DNA of 64,000 bases from Scyliorhinus canicula (lineage: Eukaryota), in the NCBI RefSeq assembly GCF_902713615.1, contig NC_052154.1, positions 15,935,784-15,999,783 of the forward strand, in the 5' to 3' direction. A program made the translations under genes and the position numbers. Shown one piece after another: positions 24,410 to 37,900 of this stretch. Below the pieces are notes generated by a model. That model made no database searches, was not told the DNA's origin, and saw only the letters and a program-made list of their open reading frames with translations. How positions within the stretch are numbered: the stretch's first letter is position 1; every line of letters begins with the position of its first letter.

Positions 24410-24740
24410 AAATTCTGTCATTTAGAAAACTTGCCAGTCAATTTGCACAGCGATCTCACACAAACAGCAAACTGATAATGACCATTGTTTTTGTCATTTT
24501 GGTTGAAGGATTGATATTGGCCAGCATTAACTTCCCTTTGAAATAACGCCATGGGCCCTTTTACATCCAGAACAGAATGGTGTCCATTTAACATTTCACC
24601 CAAACAATAGCGGCTCCAACAGTGCTGCACTTCCTCAGTTCTACCCTGGAGAATACGCCTTCATTTTTGTGGTCAAGTTTTGAACTCCCAACCTTCTGAC
24701 TCAGAGGATAAGAGTATTGCCCACTGAGTCACAATTGGCA
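24410..24740 (-). mobile_element. DeuSINE-like element
   Basis: Reverse complement has a tRNA-like head and a degenerate Deu domain (ctggatgtaaaagggcccatggcgttatttcaaag). Confidence 0.55.
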
Positions 24741-25619
24741 CCATCCAAATGGAAGGGGAAGGCAAAATAATTCATTTTATATTGTCTTTAAATTACATGA
24801 TAAGAGTTTGTAACCACACAGCCAAGATTGAATGAACATCGTGTGAACTACATTCATATTTTGGGGGCACTTCACTTGACCATCAGCTGAGCTTTCCTCT
24901 TTCAAGACATCCAGTACCTCCCCAAAACCACTTCCCTCCAACTCTGTTACGCTGCCAAAATCCACCCTGCCTTTGCTGGGACTGCAGTGTGTCACTTCAA
25001 AGCTTGATTCCTTAAGGGTTCTGTGGGTCAGCCTCCTGCATCCCACAATTGAAGGCCTTCCTCGTCTCCAAAATAGCTTGCACCACCTTCAGCTCACTGA
25101 TTTACTGTATTCTTACAAATAAAATCTCGGCTCTAGTCTCTGATATTTTATAGATTTTGGAGAGGTGATGGTATAAATGGTAATCTCACCGACCTGGTAA
25201 TCCTAAAGTCCAGCCTAATGCCTTTGGGGCATGGGGCCAACCCCTACCACACCAATTGGTGAAATTTGCATTCAATTAATAAATCTGGAATGCAAAGTTG
25301 GTCTCAGTAATGGTGAGCATGAAACTATCATCAGTTGTGGTAAATTGTAGTCTGGTTAACTATTGCCCTTTTCAGGAAGGAAATCTGCCAGCCTTTACCT
25401 GGCCTGGTCTACATTTGAGACCGGACCCAAAGCAATGTGATTGACTCTTAACTGCCTTCTGAAATTTTTATAAAACCTTTTACCAGACATGGGTGTCGCT
25501 GGTTGAGCTAACAGTTTCATTGCCTATCTCTCACTGCGCTTGAGAAGGTGGCAATGAGTTGCCTTCTTGAAGCACTGCAATCCATGTGGTGTAGGTACAT
25601 CCACAGTGCTGTTAGGGCC

Positions 25620-26232
25620 TAACAAGAACAAAGAACAGTACAGCAGAGGAACAAGCCCTTCGGGCCTCCAAGCCTGCGTCGATCACGTGTCCTATCTAGA
25701 CCAACCTCCTGTGTCCTTCTATACCCCATCTGTTTATGTGCCTCTCTAGATAAGTCTAAACGGTCGCTAACGTATCTGCCTCAACCACCTCAATGGCAGT
25801 GCATTCCAGGCCCCACCACCCTCTGTATAAAAAACCTTCTGCCACACATTTCCACTGAACCTTTCCCCCCTCACCTTGAACTTGTGCCCCCTTGTAATAG
25901 TCATATCTGCCCTGGGAAAAAGCCTCCAACTGTTCACCCTATCTATACCCCTAATCATTTTATGAACTTCTATCAGGTTGCCCCTCAGCCTCGGTCTCTC
26001 TAGGGAGAACAATCCCAGTTTATTCTATCTCTCCATATAGCTAATGCCCTCCATACCAGGCAACATCCTGGTAAACCTTTTCTGTACTCTCTCCAAAGTC
26101 TCCATCTCCTTCTGGTAGTGCAGTGACCAGAATTGGACACAGTATTCCAAATGTGGCCTAACCAGCATTCTATATAATTGTAACATAATTTTCAAGCTTT
26201 TGTACTTGATACCCCGTCCTACGAAGGCAAGC
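25620..26232 (-). mobile_element. CR1 LINE 3' end
   Basis: FSLERPRLRGNLIEVHKMIRGIDRV; (aagaaca) tail at 25620. Confidence 0.88.
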
Positions 26233-26340
26233 TACTCAGTTCAAGGGCAATCAGGGATTGGCAACAAATGCTGGCTTTGCCAGAGATGCCCACTTCCCCT
26301 AAAATAAAGAAAACATTGTTTTAAAATCACATAGAAATAG

Positions 26341-27040
26341 GGGCGGCGCGATGCTGCCTCACGGCAATGAGGACCCAGGTTCAAACCCGGCCCCGGGTCA
26401 CTGTCCATGTGGAGTTTGCACATTCTCCCCGTGTCTGCATGGGTTTTGTGGTGATATGCATCACTGTAAATACACAAGGGGTTAATGTAAATACATGTAC
26501 GCTAGCTAGACACTAGAGGGAGCACCAGAGACATGACACACAGACACTCAACCAATAGAACAGTTAGATAGGACACGACCAATGGGAATTCACGATACAC
26601 ACAGAGGTGACACGACCACAGGGGGTCATTACACCAACCCATATATAAAGGACACAACACACATGATTTTCCTCTTTCCAGTGGAGACAGTCAGTGAGTA
26701 GCGACACTGGGTTGATTCTATATTACATCCACCACGTGGATTGTAGCAGACTGGTTAGTCAGTCTGAGTAGCTATAGAAGGATTAACAGTAGTGGGAAAC
26801 CTGAGTAGGAGAATCGTAAATAGTTTAATAAATGTGTTGAAGTTATCTCCATGTCTGAACCTTCCTTTGTCAGAGTGCACATCAAGGAAGCCGCTTATCC
26901 TACGCCAGGAGCATAACAAGACAGGTTTCACCCCCATAACCCCATAACAAAGCTGTGCCGGGTAGGTAGATTGGCCACGCTAAATTGCCCCTTAATTGGA
27001 AAAACAATGAATTAGGTACCCTAAATTTATATTTTAAAAA
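26341..27040 (+). mobile_element. HE1-like SINE interrupted by a solo LTR
   Basis: Head 26341-26446; body resumes at 26924 (ggtttcaccccc...taaattgccccttaattgg). Confidence 0.8.
26447..26923 (+). mobile_element. Solo LTR (477 bp)
   Basis: TG..CA termini, 5-bp TSD GGTTT (26442-26446, 26924-26928), CCAAT boxes, TATATAAA at 26642, AATAAA at 26827. Confidence 0.9.
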
Positions 27041-27770
27041 ATCAAATCGAAATGGTTTGTGAGATAAAATCTGCTGAAATTTTTAATATTCTTTTAGCAA
27101 TATCACTTCAGATAACCGGGGGTTAGGAGGGTGGGGTGGAGTTAAACTTCCTTTTACAGCAATAAAAAATTAGATGTTTTGTTCATTTGATTATTTAAAT
27201 TTGCTTTAAATGTTGCAATGCTGATTATCACTCATGCCGCTCTGTACAATTCCATATTGAATATGTGTTCCACAGAAGCACATGATGTCTTCATTCAGTA
27301 ATAAACACTTAAGCTCAAGCTATTGTGCACTAATTAGAAATATGTTTCACTCTGTAAATTTAATGTCACAGAAGCAGCAACCTGAAACAAATTGGCAAAG
27401 GGCAGAAATTTTACCAGTAAATGGCAGAGTGCCAGGTTCAGACAGAAAACCTATGTGGGCCAGGTTTCAGCCATCCACACTTTGCCTTTTTTTTTGAAGG
27501 GGACGTGCGTTATGCCATAATTGTGAGGGGTGGTGCCTAAACACGCCAGCAAGCCTGACTTTACAGAGATCGGGGCAAAGTGTAATTAAAGACCCCCCTC
27601 AAGGATAGCAGGACTCCCTCTCCACCGCCATTGATAGCATATTGCCACCGCCGGAACCCCCCCCCCCCCCCCCCCCCCCAACCATCACCCAGTATAGACC
27701 GCCAGAATTGGGGCCCTCCCAATGGATCACCCTATATGCGCCGCCTTTTCAGACCCTGCCCCCTTATGGC

Positions 27771-28825
27771 TGAAGGGGGGGATTCAGCGATGATATCTCT
27801 TAAAACCGAATCGTTAGCATGAGTAGTTTTACATAAATTGGTTTATTAAGGATTGAGATGAATTATAGGACTGAGTCATCATTATTAACCATTAAACATG
27901 TACTGTTTCTTACAAACAGTCAGCAAGCTGCTGGGACTGTCAGCAGCTGTCAGGATGATGATCAATCATGCGCTGCTTCCGACTCTATTGGGTGAAGTTT
28001 AAACACTGCTTGCAATTCTATTGGATAAGTTTAAAAGAAGCAGCTTCAGGGAATGGATCGTGTTCAACTGGGGTGGGCTGTGCATTTTTCAACGTTGTAT
28101 AATTACTGTGCTCGGCTCTTTGTTCGGTAGAACAGGTCTTGGCTGATATCCAGTCCGTTCTCCGTGTACACGTAACAAGCTTGATTAAGTAGCCATCTTG
28201 TCCAGGTTGTGGTGTTTTTGTTTCTCTCTGTACTGAGCTGAGCCACAGGGAATAACCGCACATGGAAGAACTCGCTCCTACATTATTTGGCGCACTGCGA
28301 GCACAGGTGTACACAGGATTCTGGCAGAATAATCCGCTTCCTAAATTCGGGTGAGTGTATTTCAATTTGCCACCCAGTAGATAGAGGAGTTACGGATCAG
28401 GCGGTCAGATCCATAAGTTGTGCGAAAGTTGCGAGTAGGTAGCGGTGGGCACACACAACACTGAGAATGTGCTAATGTTGGGTGGGCAAAGACGGACTTT
28501 TGTGCCATGCCGATGAACAGAGCAGGATAAACCATCGCGCGTCAAAAAGATTGTAAAGGGTACGGCCTCACGACAACTCGATGGAGGCCAAAACAGAAAA
28601 CCCCAGAGGGGCTCAGAGTAAGTGACCAGTCAGACAAAGCTGGTGTCGTTATTCTGAGGTTGTATGTTTAACAGGGTTTGAAACCCCACCGCTTAGAGCA
28701 GCTGCGGATAAAAGGGTAAGTACAGAGAAATGACAAAGATACATGAATTGGAGCACAAAAGTTAACTGTTTTAGCATGCTAACGATTCAGTTTTAAGAGA
28801 TATCATCGCTGAATCCCCCCCTTCA
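27771..28825 (+). mobile_element. 1055-bp element with 51-bp inverted termini and an ERV-like LTR/PBS/leader interior
   Basis: Inverted repeats 27771-27821 and 28775-28825 (50/51 match), TG..CA ends, 5-bp TSD ATGGC; putative LTR TGAAGG...CCTACA (27771-28282), PBS-like TGGCGCACTGCGAGCACAGG (28288), donor G|GTGAGT (28351). Confidence 0.85.
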
Positions 28826-29554
28826 ATGGCCATGCCCATTATTCAGGTCTCCCCTGGAAGTACCAAGCTGGCAGGGTCAGGGGCCAGGGCACTGTTCCGT
28901 TATGTCTCTGACCACCCATGCCTACAATGGCCTTCAAGCCCCCTGGCATGGTCATCACGTCCGTCTCCGTTTGTGGAAGCCAGTAATGATCCCTGGCTTC
29001 ATGATTTGTGTGTCCTCCGGCACCACGTCACGGGGCGGCTAGGAACACAGCACGTTCCTAGAAGCAAAAACAGAAAATGCTGGATAATCTCAGCAAGTCT
29101 GACAGCATCTGTGGAGAGAGAATGGAGATAACGTTTCGAGTCTGGATGACTTTCTCAAAGCTAGAGAACTGGAGATAGGATGATATTCATACTGGATTCT
29201 CTAAATTTATAAAAAAAAGAATGAAAAAAAATATTCAGTGATTCCGCTTTCACCACCTTCTGAGACAAGTTACAAAGTCTTCTGAGAGAAAAAATTCTCC
29301 TAATTTCTTTCCTATAAGGGCGACTCCTAATTTTAAAACAGTGGTCACGAGTTCAGGACTCAGCCCAAGAGGAAACATCCCTTTCAATGTCCACCTTGTC
29401 AAGACTATTTAGGAAGTTATATGCTTCAATCAAGTTGCCCCTTACTCTCTGGATGCAAGTCATTTGAACATATTTATTTGTGGTGATCAGAATACTAGAT
29501 GAATGAACTGTAAGATATGTCCCTTCTCAGATATCACATCAGTGTTGAGCCAAA

Positions 29555-29866
29555 GGGGAGTTACTGCTGCTTCACAGCATCAGGGACCTGGGTTTGACGC
29601 TGACATTGAGTGTCTGTGTGGAGTTTGCACATTCTCCCTGTGTCTGCGTGAGTTTCCCCCGGGTGCTCCAGTTTCCTCCCTAAGTCTAAAGATGCGCATG
29701 TTAGATGGATTGGCCATGCTAAATTGCCCCTTAGTGTCATGATCAATGGACATGGGTTACTGGGATGGGGTGGGGGAGTGGGCCTAGGTAGAGTGCTCTT
29801 TCAGTGGGTTGGTGCAGACTCGATGGGCTGAATGGCGTTCTTCTGCACTATGTAGATATTCTATGA
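29555..29866 (+). mobile_element. HE1/V-SINE-like SINE
   Basis: Core ggattggccatgctaaattgccccttagtgtc and CR1-type tail. Confidence 0.85.
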
Positions 29867-30067
29867 ATGAACACTATTGTCCAGAGCCCATTAAATGCTG
29901 AAATGATCTGTGCTTGACCACCATCCTCCTCATTGTTATCGACAGTCCCTCGAAACAAGATTGTGCCTCCCTGGCTTCATGATTTGTGTGTCCTTCGGTG
30001 ATTCAGCAGGTCAATCTTGGAGCCACAGGTTTTGTGTTGTGTCCCTGAGGAAAGTGGGGGGCCGGGG

Positions 30068-30098
<31 letters not shown>

Positions 30099-30146
30099 GG
30101 TGGTTCTCAAGCCTGGGTTCTGGTCTGTCTCCTGCTGGCATCACTT

Positions 30147-30505
30147 CACGGTAGCACAGTGGTTAACACTGTTGCTTCACAGCACCAGGGTCCCGGGCTC
30201 GATTCCCGCTTGGGTCACTGTCTGTGCGGAGTCTGCACGTTCTCCCCGTGTCTGCGTGAGTTTCCTCCGGGTGCTCTGGTTTCCTCCCACAGTTCAAAGA
30301 CGTGCAGGTTCGGTGGATTGGACATGCTAAATTGCACTTAGTGTCCAAAAAGGTTCTGAGGGGTTATTGGGTTACGGAGATAGGGTGGAAGTGAGGGCTT
30401 AAGTGGGTCGGTGCAGACTCGATGGGCCAAATGGCCTCCTTCTGCACTGTATGTTCTATGTTCTATGTAAGCCTACTTGTGACAATAATAAAGATTATTA
30501 TTATT
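30147..30505 (+). mobile_element. HE1-like SINE with CR1-type tail followed by an L2-like tail
   Basis: ...ctgcactgtatgttctatgttcta then tgtaagcctacttgtgacaataataaagattattatta. Confidence 0.85.
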
Positions 30506-30509
30506 CTCC

Positions 30510-30915
30510 GTGGCAGACTTTATGTGCTCAGTTTCCGACTGTGTTGTGGCTTGTTGGATGAGGTTCTGCCACGTGGCACCATTTGCGGCAGGTTTCTCTC
30601 ACATTCCAATTTGTCTGCCTTTGTATGAGGCCCTCAGAGCATCCTTGGAACGTTTTCTCTGACCTCTTTGAGATCAGGTGGCACCTTTAAGCTGTGAAAA
30701 GGGGTCCTCCTTCAGAAGCTGATTACTTGCATGTGGACGCAGAGTCCTGAACGGTGGGGCTGGTTTCACACGATCATGGTTGTGATACTGGAGGAATTGC
30801 TTTCAGTGAGGATACTGGAGCCTTTCTTCGCGTATGACTTAGAGTATCCTGCGGAGACACTGATGGTAGAAATTCTCCAGTGCCTGGTGGGTTTGAGAAC
30901 TTGGCTAAGTGGGCA
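30510..30915 (-). mobile_element. RTE-clade LINE 3' fragment
   Basis: Minus strand translates to LENFYHQCLRRIL and RGQRKRSKDALRAS, typical of RTE ORF C-termini. Confidence 0.65.
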
Positions 30916-31989
30916 ATACAATTGACGTCGCTACTTTATCAAGGAGCGAAGTTCCTCATACAAGGTGCAGCCAATCTTCAACACAAAGCTGAAGGACGGA
31001 TCAGATGTCAGCCGTCGTCACTCTGACTTCTCGAGCAGTTTGAGTTTGGAATAGAGAGAATGCATTTCCTAAAATTAATGCCAATTCGCACAGGGACTGC
31101 TAGCCTGTAACTGCAGTCCGTAATTGGTAGTTACATATTTTAAATTTACGAGGAGCAATATAAAGAGAGGATTTAAATTGCACATCTGCATTCCATTCAT
31201 ATTTCACTTAAAATAAACCATTTTGTTAGTCCATGATTAGCCTCATCACATCAGTCTAAACTTTGAAAAGACAGGAAAGCCACATGACAGCAAGGCTGAG
31301 ATGACAGTAGCTAGTACAGTACGCAAAAAGGTTCTTATTCATATGCTCCTGGGTCACAGTAGCAGATGTGAGTTCTACCTGTGGCAGCAACCAATGGGGG
31401 TTTGGCCAATTGAATATCTAGTGCAGACTTGAAATTTGTAACAGTTGTTAGATTTAAATATCATTATTTTAAGATTCAGAGTGTGACGAAAAAGGCCCTT
31501 AAGCAATGTGAGTTTGGTTCTATCATTTGCTTGGGCCATATTGTTTGGAGTCACACAAATAAATTGCAGTACTGTTGCACAAACTTATCCATTGTGATGA
31601 CTTTTAGAACATATTCAATTTTCAATGATAAAGAACTTGCACGTAGCTTAAATATAAATGAACAGACTTTATAATCCATCTGCACTGTGTCTAGCTAGTG
31701 ATTTAAATGACAAGGGGTTGAGTGCCAGGAATACAGCACCAGCAAGATTTAAAGCACTTGATTTATTCCATTCTTTCCCCTACTTACAGGAAGCCTTGGC
31801 GATGTCCTGTGTCCTTTCTCTCGGTTTCTTCATGGCCGGCTGACTCTCAAGTTTGAAAAGAAGATGTAATAATAATCTTTATTAGTGTCACAAGTGTGCT
31901 TACATTAACAATGCAATGAAGTTACTGTGAAAACTGAGACTTTGCGATTTACCGTTAATGCCAATAGTGCACTGCACCAGTGGATGACT

Positions 31990-34900
31990 TAGAACTGTAC
32001 AGCACAGTACAGGCCCTTCGGCCCACGATGTTGTGCCGAACTAGTCTGAAACTAAGATCAAATCAACCTACTCCCAATCATTCTAGTGCACTCCATATGC
32101 CTATCCAATAACCGCTTGAAAGTTCCTAAAGTGTCCGACTCCACTACCATAGCTGGGTGTGCGTTCCACGCCCCAACCACTCTCTGAGTAAAGAACCTAC
32201 CTCTGACATCCCTCCTACATCTTCCACCATGAACCTTATTTATGCCCCCTTGTAACAGCTACATCCACCCGAGGAAAATGTCGCTGAACGTCCACTCTAT
32301 CTATCCCTCTCATCATCTTCTATACCTCAATTAAGTCACCTCTCATCCTCCTTCCCTCCAATGAAAAAAGCCCTAGCTCTCTCAACCTTTCCTCAGAAGA
32401 CCTACCTTCCAATCCAGGCAGCATCCTGGTAAATCTCCTTTGCACCCTTTCCAATGCTTACACATCCTTCCTGTAATGAGGTGACCCGAACTGCACACAA
32501 TACTCCAAATGTGGTCTAACCAAGGTCTTGTACAGTTGCAGCATAACCTCAAGGCTCTTGAACTCAATCCCCCTGTTAATAAATGCTAACACACTATAGG
32601 CTTTCTTCACGGCTCTATCCATTTGGGTGGCAACTTTCAGAGATCTATGGATATGAACTCAGAGATCTCTCTGCTCCTCCACATTCCTCAGAACCCTGCC
32701 GTTAACCCTGTAATCCGCATTCAAATTTGGCCTACCAAAATGAATCAACTCTCACTTATCAGGGTTAAACTCCATCTGCCACGTTTCAGCCCAGCTCTGC
32801 ATCCTATCAATGTCTCTTTGCAGCCTACAACAGCCCTCCACATTATCCACTACTCCACCAATCTTGGTGTCATCAGCAAATTTACTAACCCAACCTTCAA
32901 CTTCATCATCCAAGTCATTAATAAAAATCATAAACAGCAGAGGATCCAGCACTGATCCCTGTGGTACACTGCTGGTGACTGGGCTCCAGGTTGAAAATTT
33001 ACCATCTACCACCACCCTCTGTCTTCTATGTGATAGCCAGTTACTGATCCAATCAGCCAAATTTCCCTCTATGCCATACCTCCTTACTTTCTGCATGAGC
33101 CAACCATGGGGCACCTTATCAAACGCCTTATTAAAATCCATGTGTACGACATCAACTGCTCTACCTTCATCTCTGTACTTAGTTACCTCCTCAAAGAATA
33201 CAATCAAACTTGTGAGACAAGACTTACCCCTCACAAATCCGTGCTGACTATCCTGGATTAAGCTGTATCTTTCCAAATGATCATAAATCCTAATCCTCAG
33301 GACCCTTTCCAATAATTTGACACTAACCGGCCTATAAATCCCAGGGTTATACTTTTCCCTTTCTTGAACAAGGGGACAACATTCGCCTCTCCCCAGTCTT
33401 CTGGCACTATTCCTGTGGACAGTGAGGACATAAAGATCAAAGCCAAAGGCTCTGCAATCTCATCCCTTGCCTCCCAAAGAATCCTAGGATATATTACATC
33501 AGGCCCACGGGACTTATCTACCCTCAGGCTTCTCAAAATTTCTAACACATCTTCCTTCCGAATATCTATCTCCTCCAGCCTACCAGCCTGTATTGCACTA
33601 TCCTCCTCAACAATATGGCCCCTCTCCTTTGTGAACACTGAAAAAAAGTATTCATTTAGGGCCTCTCCTATATCTTCAGACTCCATGCACACGTTCCCAC
33701 TATTGTCCTTGACCGGCTCAAACTTCACCTCGGTCATTGTACATATTGGTACTAACGACATAGAGAGGAAGGGGCATGAGGTCCTGCAGCAGGAGTTCAG
33801 GGAGCTAGGCAGAAAGTTAAAAGACAGGACCTCTAGGGTTGTAATCTCGGGATTACTCACTGTGCCACGTGCCAGTGAGGATAGAAATAGGAAGATAGAA
33901 CAGCTAAACACATGGCTAAACAGCTGGTGTAGGAGGGAGGGTTTCTGTTATCGTGACCACTGGGAGCTCTTCCGGAGCAGAGCAGACAGAGAGATGTTGC
34001 TGAACACAGTGGGTCTGGTGGCCTGAAGTGCATATGTTTTAATGCAACAAGTATTACGGGTAAGGCAGATGAATTTAGAGCTTGGATTAGTACTTGGAAC
34101 TATGATGTTGTTGCCATTACAGAGACCTGGTTGAGGGAAGGACAGGATTGGCAGCTAAACATTCCAGGATTCAGATGTTTCAGGTGGGATAGAGGGGGAT
34201 GTAAAAGGGGTGGCGGAGTTGCGCTACTGATTAGGGAGAATATCACCGCTGTACTACGGGAGGACACCTCAGAGGGCAGTGAGGCTATATGGGTAGAGAT
34301 CAGGAATAAGAAGGGTGCAGTCACAATGTTGGAGGTTTACTACAGGCCTCCCAACAGCCAGCGGGAGATAGAGAAGCAGATAGGTAGACAGATTTTGGAA
34401 AAGAGTAAAAACAACAGGGTTGTTGTGATGGGAGACTTCAACTTCCCCAATATTGACTGGGACTCACTTTGTGCTAGGGGCTTAGACGGGGCAGAGTTTG
34501 TAAGGAGCATCCAGGAGGGCTTCTTAAAACAATATGTAGACAATCCAACTCGGGAAGGAGCTGTACTGGACCTGGTATTGGGGAATGAGCCCGGCCAGGT
34601 GGTAGAAGTTTCAGTAGGGGAGCATTTCGGGAACAGTGACCACAATTCAGTAAGTTTTAAAGTGCTGGTGGACAAAGATAAGAGTGGTCCTAGGGTGAAT
34701 GTGCTAAATTGGGGGAAGGCTAATTATAACAATATTAGGCGGGAACTGAAGAACCTAGATTGGGGGCGGATGTTTGAGGGTAAATCAACATTTGACATGT
34801 GGGAGGCTTTCAAGTGTCAGTTGAAAGGAATTCAGGACCCGCATGTTCCTGTGAGGAAGAAGGGTAAATACGGCAAAATTAGATAACCAGAGATATTGTC

Positions 34901-37900
34901 GGGCTCGTCAAAAAGAAAAAGGAGGCATTTGTCAGGGCTAGAAGGCTGGGAACAGACGAAGCCTGTGTGGAATATAAGGAAAGTAGGAAGGAACTTAAGC
35001 AAGGAGTCAGGAGGGCTAGAAGGGGGTCACAAAAAGTCATTGGAAAATAGGGTTAAGGAAAATCCCAAGGCTTTTTACACGTACATAAAAAGCAAGAGGG
35101 TAGCCAGGGAAAGGGTTGGCCCACTGAAGGATGGGCAAGGGAATCTATGTTTGGAGCCAGAGGAAATGGGCGAGGTACTAAATGAATACTTTGCATCAGT
35201 ATTCACCAAAGAGAAGGAATTGGTGGATGTTGAGTCTGGAGAAGGGTGTGAAGATAGCCTGGGTCACATTGAGATCCAAAAGGACGAGGTGTTGGGCATC
35301 TTGAAAAATATTAAGGTAGATAAGTCCCCAGGGCCTGATGGGATCTACCCCAGAATACTGAAGGAGGCTAGAGAGGAAATTGGTGAGGCCTTGACAAAAA
35401 TCTTTGGATGCTCACAGTCTTCAGGTGATGTCCCGGAGGACTGGAGAATAGCCAATGTTGTTCCTTTGTTTAAGAAGGGTAGCAAGGATAATCCAGGGAA
35501 CTACAGGCCGGTGAGCCTTATGTCAGTGGTAGGGAAATTACTGGAGAGAATTCTTCGAGACAGGATCTACTCCCATTTGGAAGCAAATGGACATATTAGT
35601 GAGAGGCAGCATAGTTTTGTGAAGGGGAGGTCGTGTCTCACTAACTTGATAGAGTTTTTCGAAGAGGTCACAAAGATGATTGATGCAGGTAGGGCAGTGG
35701 ATGTTGTCTATATGGACTTCAATAAGGCCTTTGACAAGGTCCCTCATGGTAGACTGGTACAAAAGGTGAAGTCACACGGATCAGGGGTGAGCTGGCAAGG
35801 TGGATACAGAACTGGCTAGGTCATAGAAGGCAGAGAGTAGCAATGGAAGGGTGCTTTTCTAATTGGAGGGCTGTGACTAGTTGTGTTCCGCAGGGATCAG
35901 TGCTGGAACCTTTGCTGTTCGTAGTATATATAAATAATTTGGAGGAAAATGTAACTGGTCTGATTAGTAAGTTTGCAGACGACACAAAGGTAGGTAGAAT
36001 TGCGGATAGCGATGAGGACTGTCAGAGGATACAGCAGGATTTAGATAGTTTGGAGTGGAGAGATGGCAGATGGAGTTTAATCCAGACATATGTGAGGTAA
36101 TGCATTGTGGAAGGTCTAATGCAGGTAGGGAATATACAGTGAATGGTAGAACCCTAAAGAGTATTGAAAGTCAGAGAGATCTAGGTGTACAGGTCCACAG
36201 GTCACTGAAAGGGGCAGTACAGGTGGAGAAGGTAGTAAAGAAGGCTTATGGCATGCTTGCCTTCATTGGCAGGGGCATTGAGTATAAGAATTGGCAAGTC
36301 ATGTTGCAGCTATATAAAACCTCAGTTAGGCCACACATGTTCAATTCTGGTCGCCACACTACCAGAAGGATGTGAAGGCTTTAGAGAGGGTGTAGAAGAG
36401 ATTTACCAGGATGTTGCCTGGTATGGAGGGCATTAGCTTTGAGGAGCGGTTGAATAAACTCGGTTTGTTCTCACTGGAACGACGGAGGTTGAGGGGCGAC
36501 CTGATAGAAGTCTACAAAATTATGAGGGGCATAGACAGAGTGGATAGTCAGAGGCTTTTTCCCAGGGTAGAGGGGTCAATTACTAGGGGGCATAGGTTTA
36601 AGGTGCGAGGGGCAAGGTTTAGAGTAGATGGACGAGGCAAGTTTTTTACACAGAGGGTAATGGATGCCTGGAATTCGCTGCTGGAGGAGGTGGTGGAAGC
36701 AGGACGATAGTGATATTTAAGGGGCAATCTTGACAAATACATGAATAGGATGGGAATAGAGGGATACGGACCCAGGAAGTGTAGAAGATTGTAGTTTAGT
36801 CGAGCAGCATGGTCGGCACGGGCTTGGAGGGCTGAAGGGCCTGTTCCTGTGCTGTACTTTTCTTTGTTCTTTTATTGCTCACATAAGTGTAAAAACCTTG
36901 GGGTTTTCCTTGATCCTACCCGCCAAGGACTTCTCATGCCCCCTCCTAGCTCTCCTAAGCCCTTTCTTGAGCTCCTTCCTAGCTATCTTGTAACCCTCAA
37001 GTGCCCTAACTGAACCTTGTTTTCTCATCCTTACATACGCCCCCTTCTTCCTCTTGACAAGACATTCAACCTCTTTTGTAAACCATAGTTCCCTCACTCA
37101 CCATTTCCTTACTGACTGACAGGGACATACATATCAAGGACACGCAGTATTTGCTCCTTGAACAGGCTCCACATCTCAATTGTGCCTATCCCTGACAATT
37201 CCTGTTTCTATCTTATGCTCCCGAATTCTTGCCTAATCACATCGTAATTACCCTTCCCCCAGTTATAAACCTTGCCCTGCCGTATGTTCCTATCCCTATC
37301 CATTGCTATAGTGAAGGTCACCGAATTGTGGTCACTATCTCCAAAGTGCTCTCCCAGAACCAAATCTAAAACTTGGCCCGGTTCATTACCCAGTACCAAA
37401 TCCAATGTGGCCCCACCTCTTATCGGTCTATCCACATATTGTGTGAGGAAACCCTCCTGCATACACTGGATATAAACAGCCCCATCCAAACTATTCGAAT
37501 TATAGTGGTTCCAATCAATATTTGGAAAGTTAAAGTCACCCATGACAACTACCCTGTGGCTACCGCACCTATCCAAAATCTGCATTGCTATCTTTTCCTC
37601 CACATCTGTTACTCTGGGGGGCTATAGAAAACTCCTAACAAAGTGACCACTCCTTTCTTATTTCTAACTTCAGCCCACACTACCTCAGTGGATAGATCCT
37701 CCTCAAACTGCCTTTCTGCAGCCATTATACTGTCCTTGATTAACAATGCTACTCCTCCACCTCTTTTACCACCTTCCCTAATCTTACTGAAACATCTAAA
37801 CCCCGGAACCTCCAACAACCATTCCTGCACCTGTTCTATCCACGTCTCCGTAATGGCCACAACATCGTAGTCCCAGGTACCATTCCATGCTTCAAGCTCA

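Noticed and set aside
20045-31870. Isolated plus-strand acceptors (near 20044, 22568, 27274, 31790) that might be lncRNA exons
   Set aside because: No coding homology or coherent exon chain can be supported without transcript data.
33364-34026. 220-aa (+) and 204-aa (-) ORFs spanning 33720
   Set aside because: Chance read-through across the junction of two oppositely oriented CR1 copies.
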